Under the pieces are notes generated by a model that was given only the letters and a program-made list of their open reading frames with translations, searched no databases and was not told where the DNA came from. Source: Octopus bimaculoides (taxonomy: Eukaryota). Taken from it: a stretch of DNA of 64,000 nt. Every line of letters begins with the position of its first letter. Positions within the stretch are counted from its first letter, which is position 1. Positions 23,101 to 38,849 of the stretch are shown here, piece by piece. Position numbers and translations under genes: made by a program. The stretch covers positions 155,168,460-155,232,459 of the forward strand of contig NC_068982.1 of NCBI RefSeq assembly GCF_001194135.2, read 5' to 3'.

Positions 23101-23872
23101 TCACAGAAACATGCAATTGGTCGTTTAATCCTTTTTCCTCTGTAACAAAAAGAAGTGTATGGATGAGCATTGCTCCTCTTGGCTGACTCATCGTACCAAC
23201 TCTGAAAGAATTTTAGTTCCCAGATGAATGTTAATTAGGCTAAACCTGAGGCTTAGCTTAATTAAAACTAACAAGACATCAGCATAGGTATAGCTGTATG
23301 ATTAAAGAGTTTGTTTCACAACCACATGGTTCTAAGTTTGACTTTACTGCATGGTGCTTTGAGCAAATGTTTCTACTTGAGCTTCAAGTTAACCAATACT
23401 TTGTGAATAGAATTTGGTAAACAGAAGCTGCACAGAGCCTGACATATATATGATGTAGCATGCAGGTATGGTTGTGTAGTGAAGAGATTCACTTTACAAC
23501 TACTACATGGTTTTGGGTTCAAATCCACCTTGGGCAAGTATCTTCCAACATAAACTTCAGTTGACCCAACAACATGAGAATGAAATTTCAGTGGCATGTA
23601 CAAAGCACCATCCGAATGTGGTCAATGCCAGCCCCCTCACCCCATCTGGCTCCTATGCCAGTGGCACATAAAAAGCACCCACTACACTCTCAGAGTGGTT
23701 GGCATTAGGAAGGGCATCCAGCTGTAGAAACACTGCCAGACCAGATTGGAACCTGGCGCAGCCTCCTGGCTTGCCAGACCCCAGTCAAACCGTCCAACCC
23801 ATGCCAGCATGGGAAACGGACGATGATGATGATGATGAAGATGAACTGTACTAAAGCATATATCCACCTATA

Positions 23873-23905
<33 letters not shown>

Positions 23906-26900
23906 CTACACACACACACACACACACACACACGCATATACGTGCATGTGTGTTAGTCTTCAAATAGCCTCATATTGACACCACTAGAGTACAGTGATAT
24001 TGGTTTATGTCCCAGCTCTTGGGTTCTATTTGCTAATTCCAGTGGCAAAACTCATACAATACTGACCCAAGAAATCTCATCCAATCCATACCAGTATGGA
24101 AAAAGCAGGCATAAAAATTATGATGATATGTTTGTGTATGTGTGTTTAGCATTGGATATGTAGATAGCATCAAGTTATGCAACCAACTACCTACATGTCA
24201 ACAACAGAGCTTTGACATAGTCATTCAACTTGCTAGATATAGCAGCAAAACTTCTTATTGTGCACACATTGAATAATGTAGTACTAATTATGCACAAAAA
24301 CAAAATAGTTTCATCAGCATGATAAAAAACGGTTGATGTAAAATAGTAAAAATAATCTAACAATGTAAAGTTACTGTTCAATGAATTTGTTTGGTTTCAA
24401 AAACTAAAACAAAAATTTTAAATAAATTTCTCCAAGCTGCTGACTTACCTTCATCTAGTGGTAAAGGTAGATGGTATGGCACATTGGGATCCCACCACTG
24501 ACAGTAGCTGAAAGTAAGATAAAGGTTAGATTTAGTAAATTATAATATAAAAGGAAACGCATAGTTAAACTAATATTATGATCTTTGGCCCACAGACACT
24601 GTTCATCATCTCCCTCTTTGTTCTAACCCTACAACTACATCATCCTCTGCTCCTCTGAACTAGCAAGTTGGAGAGCTCCTCTGTCACCCTGACTAGGTCT
24701 CATGGTGCTAACCTTGTCTCTAATTGTGTCTCATGGTGCCACGCTAACCTTTTTCCCTATATCACCTTTCAAGAATTCCTTTCCCACCAATATGTTTCCT
24801 GCAGACAAATATTTAGAAATGTTCAAGCTAAAGACACACCACCCTCAGTGGACCTTTGAAGGCTACAAGGAACAACACCAGAGCATGAGTACAACTCGAA
24901 ACCAAACCATTAAAAAGTAATAGGTTAGGTAATACAAAATAAAATGAAAAAAAAAACACAAGAAGAAAACAACAATACAAGGATGTAGTAAATGCAAAGT
25001 ATTAAAAGACGCTCAGGGAAGCAAAGAAAGGTTGTTTTACATTTAGCTACACAGCTTTCAGGTGAAATGGTTGATATTAAGGAGACTTGTGAATAAAACA
25101 CATCATTTTATTATTATTTTTAGCTTTAAAATATGAGAACTGTGCACAGTTCTGTGAGGAAGTGTTTATGTGTATGTAAATATGCAGAAGAATACGTGTA
25201 TCATCATCATCGTTTAACGTCCGCCTTCCATGCTAGCATGGGTTGGACGATTTGACTGAGGACTGGTGAAACCGGATGGCAACACCAGGCTCCAATCTAA
25301 TTTGGCAGTGTTTCTACAGCTGGATGCCCTTCCTAACGCCAACCACTCAGAGAGTGTAGTGGGTGCTTTTACGTGTCACCCGCTCGAAATGGTGTCTTTA
25401 ATGTGCCACCCGCACAAGAGCCAGTCCAGGGGCACTGGCAACGATCTCGCTCGAAAACCCTACAAAGGCCAATCAGGCGGTATATATATATNNNNNNNNN
25501 NNNNNNNNNNNNNNNNNNNNNNNNNNNNNNNNNNNNNNNNNNNNNNNNNNNNNNNNNNNNNNNNNNNNNNNNNNNNNNNNNNNNNNNNNNNNNNNNNNNN
25601 NNNNNNNNNNNNNNNNNNNNNNNNNNNNNNNNNNNNNNNNNNNNNNNNNNNNNNNNNNNNNNNNNNNNNNNNNNNNNNNNNNNNNNNNNNNNNNNNNNNN
25701 NNNNNNNNNNNNNNNNNNNNNNNNNNNNNNNNNNNNNNNNNNNNNNNNNNNNNNNNNNNNNNNNNNNNNNNNNNNNNNNNNNNNNNNNNNNNNNNNNNNN
25801 NNNNNNNNNNNNNNNNNNNNNNNNNNNNNNNNNNNNNNNNNNNNNNNNNNNNNNNNNNNNNNNNNNNNNNNNNNNNNNNNNNNNNNNNNNNNNNNNNNNN
25901 NNNNNNNNNNNNNNNNNNNNNNNNNNNNNNNNNNNNNNNNNNNNNNNNNNNNNNNNNNNNNNNNNNNNNNNNNNNNNNNNNNNNNNNNNNNNNNNNNNNN
26001 NNNNNNNNNNNNNNNNNNNNNNNNNNNNNNNNNNNNNNNNNNNNNNNNNNNNNNNNNNNNNNNNNNNNNNNNNNNNNNNNNNNNNNNNNNNNNNNNNNNN
26101 NNNNNNNNNNNNNNNNNNNNNNNNNNNNNNNNNNNNNNNNNNNNNNNNNNNNNNNNNNNNNNNNNNNNNNNNNNNNNNNNNNNNNNNNNNNNNNNNNNNN
26201 NNNNNNNNNNNNNNNNNNNNNNNNNNNNNNNNNNNNNNNNNNNNNNNNNNNNNNNNNNNNNNNNNNNNNNNNNNNNNNNNNNNNNNNNNNNNNNNNNNNN
26301 NNNNNNNNNNNNNNNNNNNNNNNNNNNNNNNNNNNNNNNNNNNNNNNNNNNNNNNNNNNNNNNNNNNNNNNNNNNTGATGATAGTGATGAAAAGCTATGT
26401 TAAAACAGAGTAAGCAGGGATTTTTTTTTTTTTTGTTATATAAGACCGTAAACAAATGTAGTTAAGCATTTTACCTCTTTCTTGAAAGCAACTTCTTTCC
26501 AAAACAGTCAGGGTTGTGAAGATAGTAATCAGTTGAGAGTTCCCATAAATTTGGTGTTCTAGAGTTTGGACTGTAAACTCCAAGAAATAAATTAATTGAT
26601 TGCTGCTTCTCGGCATCTGGTTACAAGAAATACCAGCATATAATAAGAGTCAAGAAAAGAATTTGTTGAAGAAGGAGAAATGATAATTCATTAACAAGAT
26701 AAGTTTAATAATTGAAACAGGTGAAAAGGAAACAGATTCAGAGGAAGGTGTTGCTGGTTTGTGACAACAAAAATTATACACAGAAGTATGTGAATTTGGG
26801 CAAGTTTGTATGTCATGTGGTGAACACAGCATGACCAGAAGATAAAAAAGTTTGCTTTGCAATCACAAGATCTCAGGTTTAATCCCATTGTATATCATCT

Positions 26901-29900
26901 TCAGCAAGTATCTTTTATCATTAACTTGAGCTGACCCAAGCTTCTTGAATGAAACAGGATATATACACAAATTGAGTGGAAAGCCACCAGATGAACTGAA
27001 CTTATAATTCACACACAATGCAATGCCATGTTGATTCTGTCTGAAACAAATGTTAAGGATATACATGCTTGTGTGTGCGTGTGGAATACTCAGATACTTA
27101 CATGCTAATTCAATGAGCAGGGAATTAAGTTAACCAAAATCTCATCATTGAAACTGACAGAGACTCATTCACCTTTATTTTTATACCATGTAGTAAGGAG
27201 GAATCTGATGCTTTAGAGATGTTCCTTCATTTATCTTTTTACTTTCACTCAAAGATACAGGCTCAGTAACTTACCAGAGAATGCATTGCTATAGTAACGA
27301 GATATGGTCTGAACCAAATCTCGAGAGTTATATGTCCAGGTGGCAATTTTGCGGTAACCTTTGATTCTGTGTACCAGCTGAGAGCCACCGTATTGAAGGG
27401 CTAATGTGTTTCCTTGGTCTTCATATAGTTTTTCCAACATTCTAAAAGAAGTAAACAGAATACAATAAAATAAATGCAAAGTAAAACATCTGGAATCCAA
27501 GGAAATTGGTGATTTTCTGTGACAGCAATAATTAGTCTATAAGAGAGATTGCTGAGTCTACTTGCTGCGCAGAATGTAGAATATGTTTCTGGATTTGCTC
27601 TTTGTCTCACCACACCACTTTTTCTCTGACTTTCATTTACAGACAAAGAGCAAGCACCAAAACATTAGTTAATACACTCCTCATAGCAACTAAAATAACT
27701 GAACTTTCCTATGAAATAAAAATGGTTTTAAAAATTAAATGCTTTGGTTCTTGAATAAAAGGCAAATTATTAATAATATTTTTTTTTATGGCTTTATGAA
27801 AAGAAGAAGAATAGTGACTATGATCATCACAGAACCTCAAAGACTGGTGAATTGAAATGGAGGAAGAAATAATGACTTATAGGTTACTGCAGTAGGAAAT
27901 AGTATATCAAAGTATCGAGATTTCTATACTTCAATGAAAGACCTTACAGATTTAAAGCATAATGGACACATATATTTTAGTGTTAAACCAAGCAATGGGT
28001 TAATGTAATTATGTCTGTTGTGGTTTGAAGCTGTCTAAGCATAATTAGACATAATGGAATTTGCAAAAGAGAAGTAATAATGATCTTGCTAGCAGGTAAT
28101 TTTTGAATACTCAGGAAATTAAGAGTGAACAGGTGTGGGGTACATAATGGTCAGATACCAGTGATGACCAGTGGTGACACGTAAAAAAGCACCATGCAAG
28201 TGTGGTCGATGCCAGTGCCACCTGACTGGCTCCCATGCCGGTGGCATGTGAAAAGCACCCAATACACTCTCAGAGTGGTTGGCATTAGGAAGGGCATCCA
28301 GCTGTAGAAATCTTGCCAGATCAGATTGGAGCCTGGTGCAGCTTCCTGGCTTGCCAGTCATCAGTCAAACCATCCAACCCATGCCAGCATGGAAAGTGGA
28401 CGTTAAACAATGATGATGACGATGATGACGAGGAGGAGGNNNNNNNNNNNNNNNNNNNNNNNNNNNNNNNNNNNNNNNNNNNNNNNNNNNNNNNNNNNNN
28501 NNNNNNNNNNNNNNNNNNNNNNNGGAGGAGGAGGAGGAGGAGGAGGAGGAGGACTGGTCATTTCCCTTCGTCATAAATCAAACCAATGTCTCCTAAACCC
28601 CAAGGGGCTTTTAAGGAAGTTCAGTGCTTCACAACAATACAACAAAGTTGGCAATTTTTCTCTGTTACTGCATGACAAAGGACCAACAAGCTGTGAGGTA
28701 CTGTGAGACTTGTCCAATCCATGCAAGCATTGTAAAAGCAAAGATAAACTGATGATGATGATGATAAAGACATTGGTGGCAGCGGTGAGAACAGGACAAC
28801 AATGACAAAGAGAATGATACAACAGGAAATAATAAAAAAAATGTTCTTACCTTACACAGTCTGTATCATATTCTAAATTGGGGCTAGAATTAACTCCCAT
28901 AGCATACAACTGAAAAAAAATGTAAAAGGTAAAGACAAGACCAACACCTGGAGGTGGCTAAGGAAAAATGATCTGAAAGGATGCATTGAAGTATTGATAT
29001 ATTGCACTGATTTTTTTCTTTTCTCTCATAGAAATCAGCATTTTCAATTTCACAGTACCTCACCTGTTAGCATCTTTAGATGTAAAACCTTGTTGTCCCT
29101 TCACATCTCTGGCTGGGATTTGAGTGCAACTTGTATAAATTAAAGCAAAGCCAAAACACAATAATAATAATAAATTCTAACATAATTAGACACAAAGCAA
29201 TACATTTTCAGAGGGAGGCATGTAGTCAATAAGTTGCAATATTTAACAAGTACTTATTTTACTGACCCCCACCCCTACAGTAAATCAGGATTGTCACAGT
29301 TTCAGCAAATCAGATCAGGTCACAAGCCGAACACACACAACTCAGAAATAATACAATTGTTTACTTAGAAATAGTAGTTACCTGATATCCCAAAGCACAT
29401 TTGCCAACAGCAAACTGTGCTGTGTTTGTGCGATCAAGGCAATCAACACAGTTTGTTCTCACTACTCCAGTTTGCTTTTTTCCATATTCGGTCTTTACTC
29501 CTCGAATTCCTTTAAGTCTGAAGACAATATGACAAAACAGAAAAGCCTTAAGGACAAGAATCATTTTTATCACTAAAAGTAAACACTTATTTGTTTCATA
29601 TGCTTTTTAAAACCCCTTCCTGAGTATACTTCTAATGAAATACAAAATCCAGATGTTTCAATTAATTTTCAAAATAATCAAAAACTTAGAGGGATTTAGT
29701 ACAGTGTTGTTGTTGGCACTCCATCGCTTACGACGTTGAGGGTTCCAGTTGATCCGATCAACAGAACAGCCTGCTCATGAAATTAACGTGCAAGTGGCTG
29801 AGCACTCCACAGACACGTGTACCCTTAACGTAGTTCTCGGGGATATTCAGCGTGACACAATGTGACAAGGCTGGCCCTTTAAATTACAGGCACAAAAGAA

Positions 29901-32900
29901 ACAGGAAGTAAGAGTGAGAGAAAGTTGTGGTGAAAGAGTACAGCAGGATTCGCCACCATCCCCTGCCAGAGCCTCGTGGAGTTTAGGTGTTTTCGCTCAG
30001 TAAACACTCACAACGCCCGGTCTGGGAATCGAAACCGCGATCCTATGACTGTGAGTCCACTGCCCTAACCAGTGGGCCATTGCACCTCCAGTAACTTTGT
30101 CATTATTCACAGAATATATCATAACGAAAGTTTCTTACACAAAATTATTATTTAATTTATGTTATCAATTTCCCTGAAAGCCATGACATACTGAGAAAGA
30201 GTATATAATATCGCATATATGTAAGACAAAACAAAATCACAACAAAAATCTAAAAAATAGAATGGAATAAAGGTTTGGATAAAGAAAAATGTTTCTGTTG
30301 TTAAAACTTTCTATAACCTCAATGATGTGGAAGATCTTATTTAAGATTGATGAGCCTTGAAAATAAATTGCATCTCCAGCCCTGTAGCTTTTTAAACCAG
30401 TTGTAATTTTAATATAAATTTTTTAAAACAGTTTTGTATCATGGGAACAGAAAAAAATCTCAAGTAGAATGACATCAAAAGGATTAAGCAAAGAGATGAG
30501 AAAGAAGACCACAAAATCACAAAAATTTGAGCTGAGGAAAAGAAAATTTGGGAATAGACATGCTTGTTATAGTAAAATGGTGCTTTAGCTGTTCTAAAAA
30601 CATTATTTTAAGGAGTGTAGTTTCAGCCATTCAGCTGAGGCCATGCTGGGACACCATTATATAAATAGGTTTGTTTTTTTTTCATACATATTATTCAGTG
30701 TCAAGTGTAAGAAATAATCCTATAACATCTCTGTCTTCTCCTTATACATGTCAAATTAGGATTATTAATATAAAACAAGAAACCTAGATTGGATGAAAGT
30801 TCTAGGGGGATGGAGTTGTAATTCTCGGATGGCAGGACTGGTAAGTGCATTATACAGATGTAGAGAATGATACATATTAAGTATGGCAGAAGGAAAATCA
30901 GATGAAATGAATGAACTTGTTGACTGAGTAGACTTATGATGAAAGACATTACAGTTGTGACAATCATATTTTTGGGGTAATAACTGTGTATGTAGAACTA
31001 CATTATCTTATTTAAAATAGTAGAATGCAATTTGAGGGAGATTTAGCTGTTATTTCTAGCTGATTAAACAACCATATAGAGAAGTAAGTAACATAGTAGA
31101 CATAGCAGTGAAAGAAAATGGACACTGTGTGATTCAGATATTTGCTTCACAATCACATGATAGCAGGTTCAATCCCCCTATACAGTATCATAGGAAAGTG
31201 ATTTTTATAACAGCCTCAGCTCAACCCAACTGTTGTGAATGATACTGAGTCAATGGAAATGTGCAAAAGCTCATCAAATGGACTGTACCTGTTCATGGGA
31301 AATGTTAGACCAAATCTGCTACTGAGTTTAAAACGTCCCACTTAACCCTTGAGTATCTTTTAATGGAGTTTATTGTTTCAGACATTAACACTAAAATCTC
31401 CAGTCTGAAGATAAGATCTTCCTCTCTTCTACAAGGCACAGAAACCCAACAGAAAAGTCACTGCTGCTGATTTTAATCTTTTGGTTGAGTCATATAAAAA
31501 AGAAGAAGAAATGCACAGCACTTTTCAGGATGGGCGATAGCTTTAGCTGTATTGCTGTTTAGCCCTAGGTCAGTCTTGACAGAGGAAATATAATCAAAAG
31601 CATTCCAACCATGATCATTATATCTTTTTTATTTCAGTCATCTAGGAGTGAACTGTCCAACATATCCTTCCCATTTTTTAAGGGAATTGATCTGAAACTA
31701 AACAACAACAAACTTATCCCATTTGTTTCAATTTCTTTTACCATACTTACACTACCAAGAACTTAACAATCTTTGCACCCCAATATACATTCTTCTAGAA
31801 CTTCTATTGGGTTGTCCAGAAAGTTTGTGCCAATTTTTAAAGGAAAGAAAAAGGTCAATAAATACTTGCCATTACATTTTTAATCAACCAAATATGAACC
31901 ATTTTGTTGCACAATGCATCTCTATTTTTCCTTTAACTTGAAAATACCCTTTTCGCAGAATTGAGGTGGTTTCATGGCAAATAAGTCGAAAGGTAAGCTA
32001 CTATAAAACGGCATGAACTTTCCAGACAACCCGATATTTGAAAAGGATATGGCTCCTGTTCAGCAACCATATAGAGGCTCCTTTTGTTTGTAGAGGTAGA
32101 ATCAAGAATCCATCTTATTTCCCCACCTCTGCCTACTTATTTCCAAAATTTTCTCTATCATAAATATAATTAGTGAAAAAATTCAGACAGATTTATGTTC
32201 CTATTCCAAAGCTACAAAAATATCCTCAATTCTGGTTTCCCCACCACCACCACGACCATCACCACTAAACATGAAAAACATGTCAACTTACGGTTCAGAC
32301 ATCCATAATTCGTCATGAACATTAGAAGGGGAGTGAAAATAAAACCCTGTACGTTTGATGCAGCTTTTTGCAATTTTGCCCAAACGATCCATAACACTGC
32401 AATCTTTCCTGAAATTAAAAGCAAAATGAGGAAATTTAAACAATTTACAAGTCCCCCTATATTATTCATTTTACACATGTGTTCACAGACACATACNNNN
32501 NNNNNNNNNNNNNNNNNNNNNNNNNNNNNNNNNNNNNNNNNNNNNNNNNNNNNNNNNNNNNNNNNNNNNNNNNNNNNNNNNNNNNNNNNNNNNNNNNNNN
32601 NNNNNNNNNNNNNNNNNNNNNNNNNNNNNNNNNNNNNNNNNNNNNNNNNNNNNNNNNNNNNNNNNNNNNNNNNNNNNNNNNNNNNNNNNNNNNNNNNNNN
32701 NNNNNNNNNNNNNNNNNNNNNNNNNNNNNNNNNNNNNNNNNNNNNNNNNNNNNNNNNNNNNNNNNNNNNNNNNNNNNNNNNNNNNNNNNNNNNNNNNNNN
32801 NNNNNNNNNNNNNNNNNNNNNNNNNNNNNNNNNNNNNNNNNNNNNNNNNNNNNNNNNNNNNNNNNNNNNNNNNNNNNNNNNNNNNNNNNNNNNNNNNNNN

Positions 32901-35830
32901 NNNNNNNNNNNNNNNNNNNNNNNNNNNNNNNNNNNNNNNNNNNNNNNNNNNNNNNNNNNNNNNNNNNNTACACACACAAGGGTGTGCTGAAAAGTTTCTG
33001 GCTTTAAGAGAATTGTGAAAGGCCTGGTTGAAAGCCCAACCTTTCAAGTTTTTTTACAGGGCTTAGAAAAACTGAAGGATGACTGCAATAAGTGTGTGAA
33101 TCTGAGAGGGGAATATATGGGATAGAAACATAATCAACTGATCCTCTAGTATTTTCTTTTACCCAAAACCAGGAACTCTTCAGTACCCACTCATGTGTGT
33201 GTTTTATACATATATATATATATATATATACAATTTTAAGGTATATCCTGCTGACCCCCTCGCCCAGTTGACTCGGCTGGACTTAATCAAGTCCCATCTT
33301 GCATCACTGCAGTAGCAAACCACTGATCTGCCTTCTTTATACAAAGCCACCTAGTGGACTTCTCTGCAACTTCAGTGATGGAGTTTATAGTCGTCCTCTT
33401 TGTTTTTAATTTGTTTTGCAAGAATGTTATCATTCAGATTATTTTGTCAAATGTAAGGCTTATTCATCCATATTTTTAGGAATTAATCATGCATTACCTC
33501 ATAGCTCTGAGATTTTGATGTGGTTGTTTATCTTTAGAATGACATTGTTGGGCAAGTATGAGAGGCCAGATCTGGCCAGTTTAAACATTAAACAGGTAGA
33601 ATATTTGGGCTGGCTTTGGATGGTTTAAATGCTAAAAGATTAAAGGAAGGACACACATGTAAGATAATGTGGCCCTAGACGCACACCACATCTGAATAAA
33701 AAAAAAAACTAGTTTGAAAGTTTTTGATCATGTGTCTGCTTGATCAGAATTGTCTAAGGTCTAATCAACACCAAACTTACTACACTAGACTGCCATACAT
33801 TTACCATTATATTACACCACAATTATATTGCATTATTGTTTCTTATATATATGGATATCACAAGCAATAAAGTAAATTTTAATGATTCTCACTTACTTCT
33901 TACTAACACCTGCCATATCAAAACCAATGTACTGTATGTTGTGTGAATAGGCTAAGAACTGGTTGAGATACTCAATAGCACTTATAAATTCTTTGGTCAA
34001 TATACTTTCATGGCGCCGTTTCTCTCGACGCTGAAAATAGAAAACACTCAAAAACTGAAGCATGATAAAGAACACAGTAGAAGTACTTAACAGACTAAAA
34101 TGTAATGAGAGAAGTAGCAGAAGTTGTAATCGGTAGTCTGATTGTCTAACCCAAAGTCAACTCTAATGCAACTGATCTATGATGAAAGGCATTCTAACAG
34201 TGATCATCCTGTCTTTTACTATTTTGAGGCATGATGTATCTAAGAGTATATTATTTTTGACACGCATCTTTTTTCTTAAGATGGTAAAGTGTAGTTCGAG
34301 GAAAATTTGGGTGTTATTTCAAGCAAGTCAAATGAGTGTGGAAAAACAAAACATGAGTGATGGAATAATCATCATCATCGTTTAACATCCGCCTTCCATG
34401 CTGGCATATAGGTGAATATTTCTCCATTAAAGGCCTTAGCTTTTATATGGTTGCTTGACATGCTAGAAACAACAGCAAAATCTTCCTCACATCATACACA
34501 ACCATCTTTAAAAGTTAAATGATATATAAAGCATTAAGAAGTTAACTAGAAATAATTATGCAGTAAGGAAGAAAATGTTATTAATCTACAGCTAAATTAT
34601 TCTAATTTTCCCAGAAAATACAGGACACATTTCAATCTTATTGTGACTTCATCAACAATGTGCAACCCGCATTGTAATTCCTAAAGCTTTCAGTCCAACA
34701 GACAGTAAAAAAGTACGTATGTCAAGAATAGCTCTGTAGTTAAGAAGTTTGCTTTGCAATTATGGAATTTGGGGTTCAATCCCACAACAGGATACTTTAG
34801 GTAAGTGTCATTTGCCATAGTCTTGGGTCAACCAAAGCCTTGTGAGTGAACTATGACAAATGGAAACTCTATGGAAATCTGTCAGAGAATGATTCCCATT
34901 TTTAGGTGGCGGACTTAATCCATCACCTGATTTAACACCATCACTTGTCCCATAGGAGCCTGAAGAGGACTCCACTCAATTGCAAGCATTTGGTTTATGT
35001 GAGACAACTTGCTGCCACCTCCCTTCATTTTCCAAGGCTCTTAACAAAAGGGATCATAGGTACTGTCCTTCTTCTTTTCACTAAGCCATTAAAAACTTTA
35101 AAATAAATATAAAAATAAAAACGACCATAAAGATTATGTCATTGTATAAATTCTCTCTGAGTAATCAAACACAGCATAGGAAATCAGACAACAAATGAGA
35201 CAAAAGAGTACTATATATGTTGACACACACAGCCTTTGTTTCAATAATTTTTGAAAATGATGAAGAATTTAATAAAATAACTGTCCTTACTGAGTGGATT
35301 TTTAGAACATAAACTGTCACAAAATTTATATGGAAGCATTTAATTTAAATCACTTTAAAACAGGAAGTATGTATCGTACAATCAGAGACAGTCTTGAGTG
35401 GGTTGGTAACAAAAGAGTTAAATTTAATTAATTGGATTACTTTTTTATTGGTTCTAACAAATGTATGTGATCATGTTGGGACACGTATAAAAAACAAAAC
35501 CCTTTAAAATGCAATAAACAACTATTACAAGAAATAATGAGTATAAATTTGAATGCTACAGAACGCTCACCTTCACCAAGTTAAGAACAATAATAGGAGC
35601 TCCAAATCGCTTTATAACATCATTGAAATGTTGACCAGCAACAAAAGCATAAGGGTCTGCTTGATCGACTGAAAGGTAGGAGAGAGAAGTAAATCATTAA
35701 GTAATACAGTATTACCTCGGTTTTTAAACAACTCTGATTATGAATAAATCATGCTTTATCTCCTGTCTTTCTCATATTCATTTAATACAGTAGTACTTCG
35801 GTTTACAAACACCTCTGATCATAAATAGTG

Positions 35831-35889
<59 letters not shown>

Positions 35890-38815
35890 CGAAATCGTGA
35901 TGGCACCTGTGCCCAGCGTCGCCTTTCTGGCACTTGTGCCCGCAGCATGTGTAAGGACTTTCGAGCGAGATCGTTGCCAATGCCCCTGGACTGGCTCTTG
36001 TGCGAGTGGCACATAAAATACACCATTTTGAGCGTGGCCGTTGCCAGTACCGCCTGACTGGCCTTCATGCCGGTGGCACGTAAAAGCACCCACTACACTC
36101 TCGGAGTGGTTGGCGTTAGGAAGGGCATCCAGCTGTAGAAACTCTGCCAAATCAGATTGGAGCCTGGTGTAGCCATCAAGTTTCACCAGTCCTCAGTTGA
36201 ATCATCCAACCCATGCTAGCATGGAAAGCAGACTTTAAACGATGATGATGATGATATATATATATATATATAAAGCACGATTTATTCCTGACCAGAGTAG
36301 TTCGAAAACTGGGGTACTACTGTACTACCATTTTAGCTTATTGGTAAAATAAGGTTCTATTTGTACCTTGGGTTATGAAGATATGATGATTTCAAATCAG
36401 CACTTGGTGCTTAACATCCACTTCTAATTACACAATGACTTCAAGAATATACATGTCCTTACAAACAGAATAAATCAACACAAATACGTTTTCCTAGAAA
36501 AAAAACAACTAATGTTAAAATTACTTCTTTTTTTTTTAATGTCCCACCCTTATCGGCTTAGAAAAATGGGTGTAATGATACTATGACGACGATGAGATAG
36601 AGGATGAAGAGGGTGGTGGTGGTGGTGGTGGTGGTGGTGGTGGTGGTGACAGCAGCAGCAGCAGCCACAGGCCACGAGGTTAGAATATTGTATTATTGGC
36701 CACTAAGTCATAAGTTCATACCCTACAACAGCTTGCTTACTACCCTCAGGCCATCTGGATAAAATATAGGTGCAACACACCAGCTTCACAGCTGAATTTC
36801 TGGCAAAAAGAACTGAAACTGCAACAGTTCAGTATTGGGAAATACTCAAATACATAAAAACTGCATCTCAAAAACTGTGACTAACATAAAGCTGGTCACT
36901 AACATACACTAACTTGGACCCACAGAGGTGCTGTCTTCTCTCTGCCTTTTCTGATACTACTATAATGACCTCTGCTACTCAAAGTTGACTGGTTTCATGT
37001 CATCTCCACTCAGACACTCCCACCTTATTTCTCTCTCTTCCTCCCATTACCCATACTGTTTCCACCACTCAAACAACTATACCCGTCCTTTCCTTCAGAT
37101 AATGTCACTTCACAGGAATTCCTTTCTATTTTTTTTCTTCCCGCTACTATTGGTCTGCAAATGTTCAAACGGAATTTTAAGAACATCAAGCTCACCAGCC
37201 TTGGAAGGCCTGCAAAGGCCATGAACACATATCCTTCCAATCCATCACACCAATCAAAGATGAAAATACTGTACCAGTAAAAAGGTAAGCACTGCTGTCA
37301 TTCAAGAGCAAGTCTGACTTGGTAACTTGTACCATGCTTTCATTAATCAGTTTTGTTGCCTGTGTAGTCACAAGCAGACATTAACACTTTTCTGGCTCTC
37401 CCACCCTTAACCCAGCAGAACAACTAGAATGTGAAGCAAGAGGGAGAGAGGGTTGTACCAGTACTGGAGTGGTACTTTCATTTTCAGCAGAAGGAATTGG
37501 TGCAACATAATGTGAAGCGATTTTCTCAATGTGCCACCTGGTCCAGGAACTGAACCTACAATATTATGCTTGTGATCCTAACACCCTAACCACAAGGCCA
37601 TACACCTTCACACTGTACTGATACCAGTGAAAAATGCACGGAAAAGACTTTTTGAAATATATGAAAGCTGCTAGCACTCTACGTAACATTATTCTTCTTC
37701 TAGAATAGAGAGTATAGTCCCTTCAACTAGCCATGATTAATACTTATTTTATGAATACCTTAGAGATGAAATGCAAAGTTCTTTACTGACAGGATTTAAA
37801 TTTAGGATGTTGACAAAACTCAGTTCTAAAACCATCAAATGAGAAAGGCTACAGTCAGTAATCAGCATTTGACAGGTATGTATTTTATCTAAGCCATAAG
37901 AATGTAAGGCTTGTAAATTTTGACATGACTTGAACTCATAACATAAAGTGCTGTAATTAAATATTACAAGGAATTTTATCCATTACTCTACAGACACTAC
38001 CAATTTACCATCATTCCAAAGTTAGATATTGATAAAGAAAGTAAGAAATAAAATATAATTGCCTTAAAAACATATACATATGTGTTTACAGAACTTACCA
38101 ACAATTTGAGGCTTGGGAACCATTTTTGAAATATCTTGAGACCAGAACAAAGGTATGGAACCTCGGAGTTGCACAAAAGACGAAACACAAGCAGAATTCA
38201 GGAATGTTACTGAAGCATCATGGACAATTTGTTCTGTTTCAACTTCATTTGCTACTGCACCCTACAAATAGAAAAGAGATCCAATGCTTATATAGCTGAT
38301 GATAATGGAGCTTTCTATATGAATTTTACACAGCGTTTGAAATATATACAAAATGATTATTATTTATTCAGAGTAGTATTTGACTGGCAAGTAACTCGAT
38401 CTGGGACCATGCATAGAAATTCAAGCAGCTACAACATGGAAGAGTCATTTAATTATACACAAGGCTGTTAAATTCACTTTAAATTTATTTCGTGAGTTCT
38501 GCTGTTATGTGATGAAAACTTTGACATCTCATGAAATAAATTTGAAGTGAATTTAGCAGCTTTCTGTGATATATAATGGTTTATTCACAATGTAATTGTA
38601 ATTCCATATTTTACAGCTTTCTATCACTGAACCTGTGGCCATATCAGGGTAACCCCTTCTCAGCGTTGATTATTGTCAAGTATATCCAACTTAAGAAAGA
38701 TGCAAAGGTAGAGTGGATCTGGTTGGGCATTGAATTTGTAATGTAGAGAGACATAAACTAAATATTACGAAGTATTTTCTCCAAGCTCTACCAATTCTTC
38801 TCTCCACCTCCAATG

Positions 38816-38849
<34 letters not shown>

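Noticed and set aside
25266-26455. Long ORFs of 160-370 aa here and at 32212-33047 and 41207-41533
   Set aside because: They are translations of N gaps.
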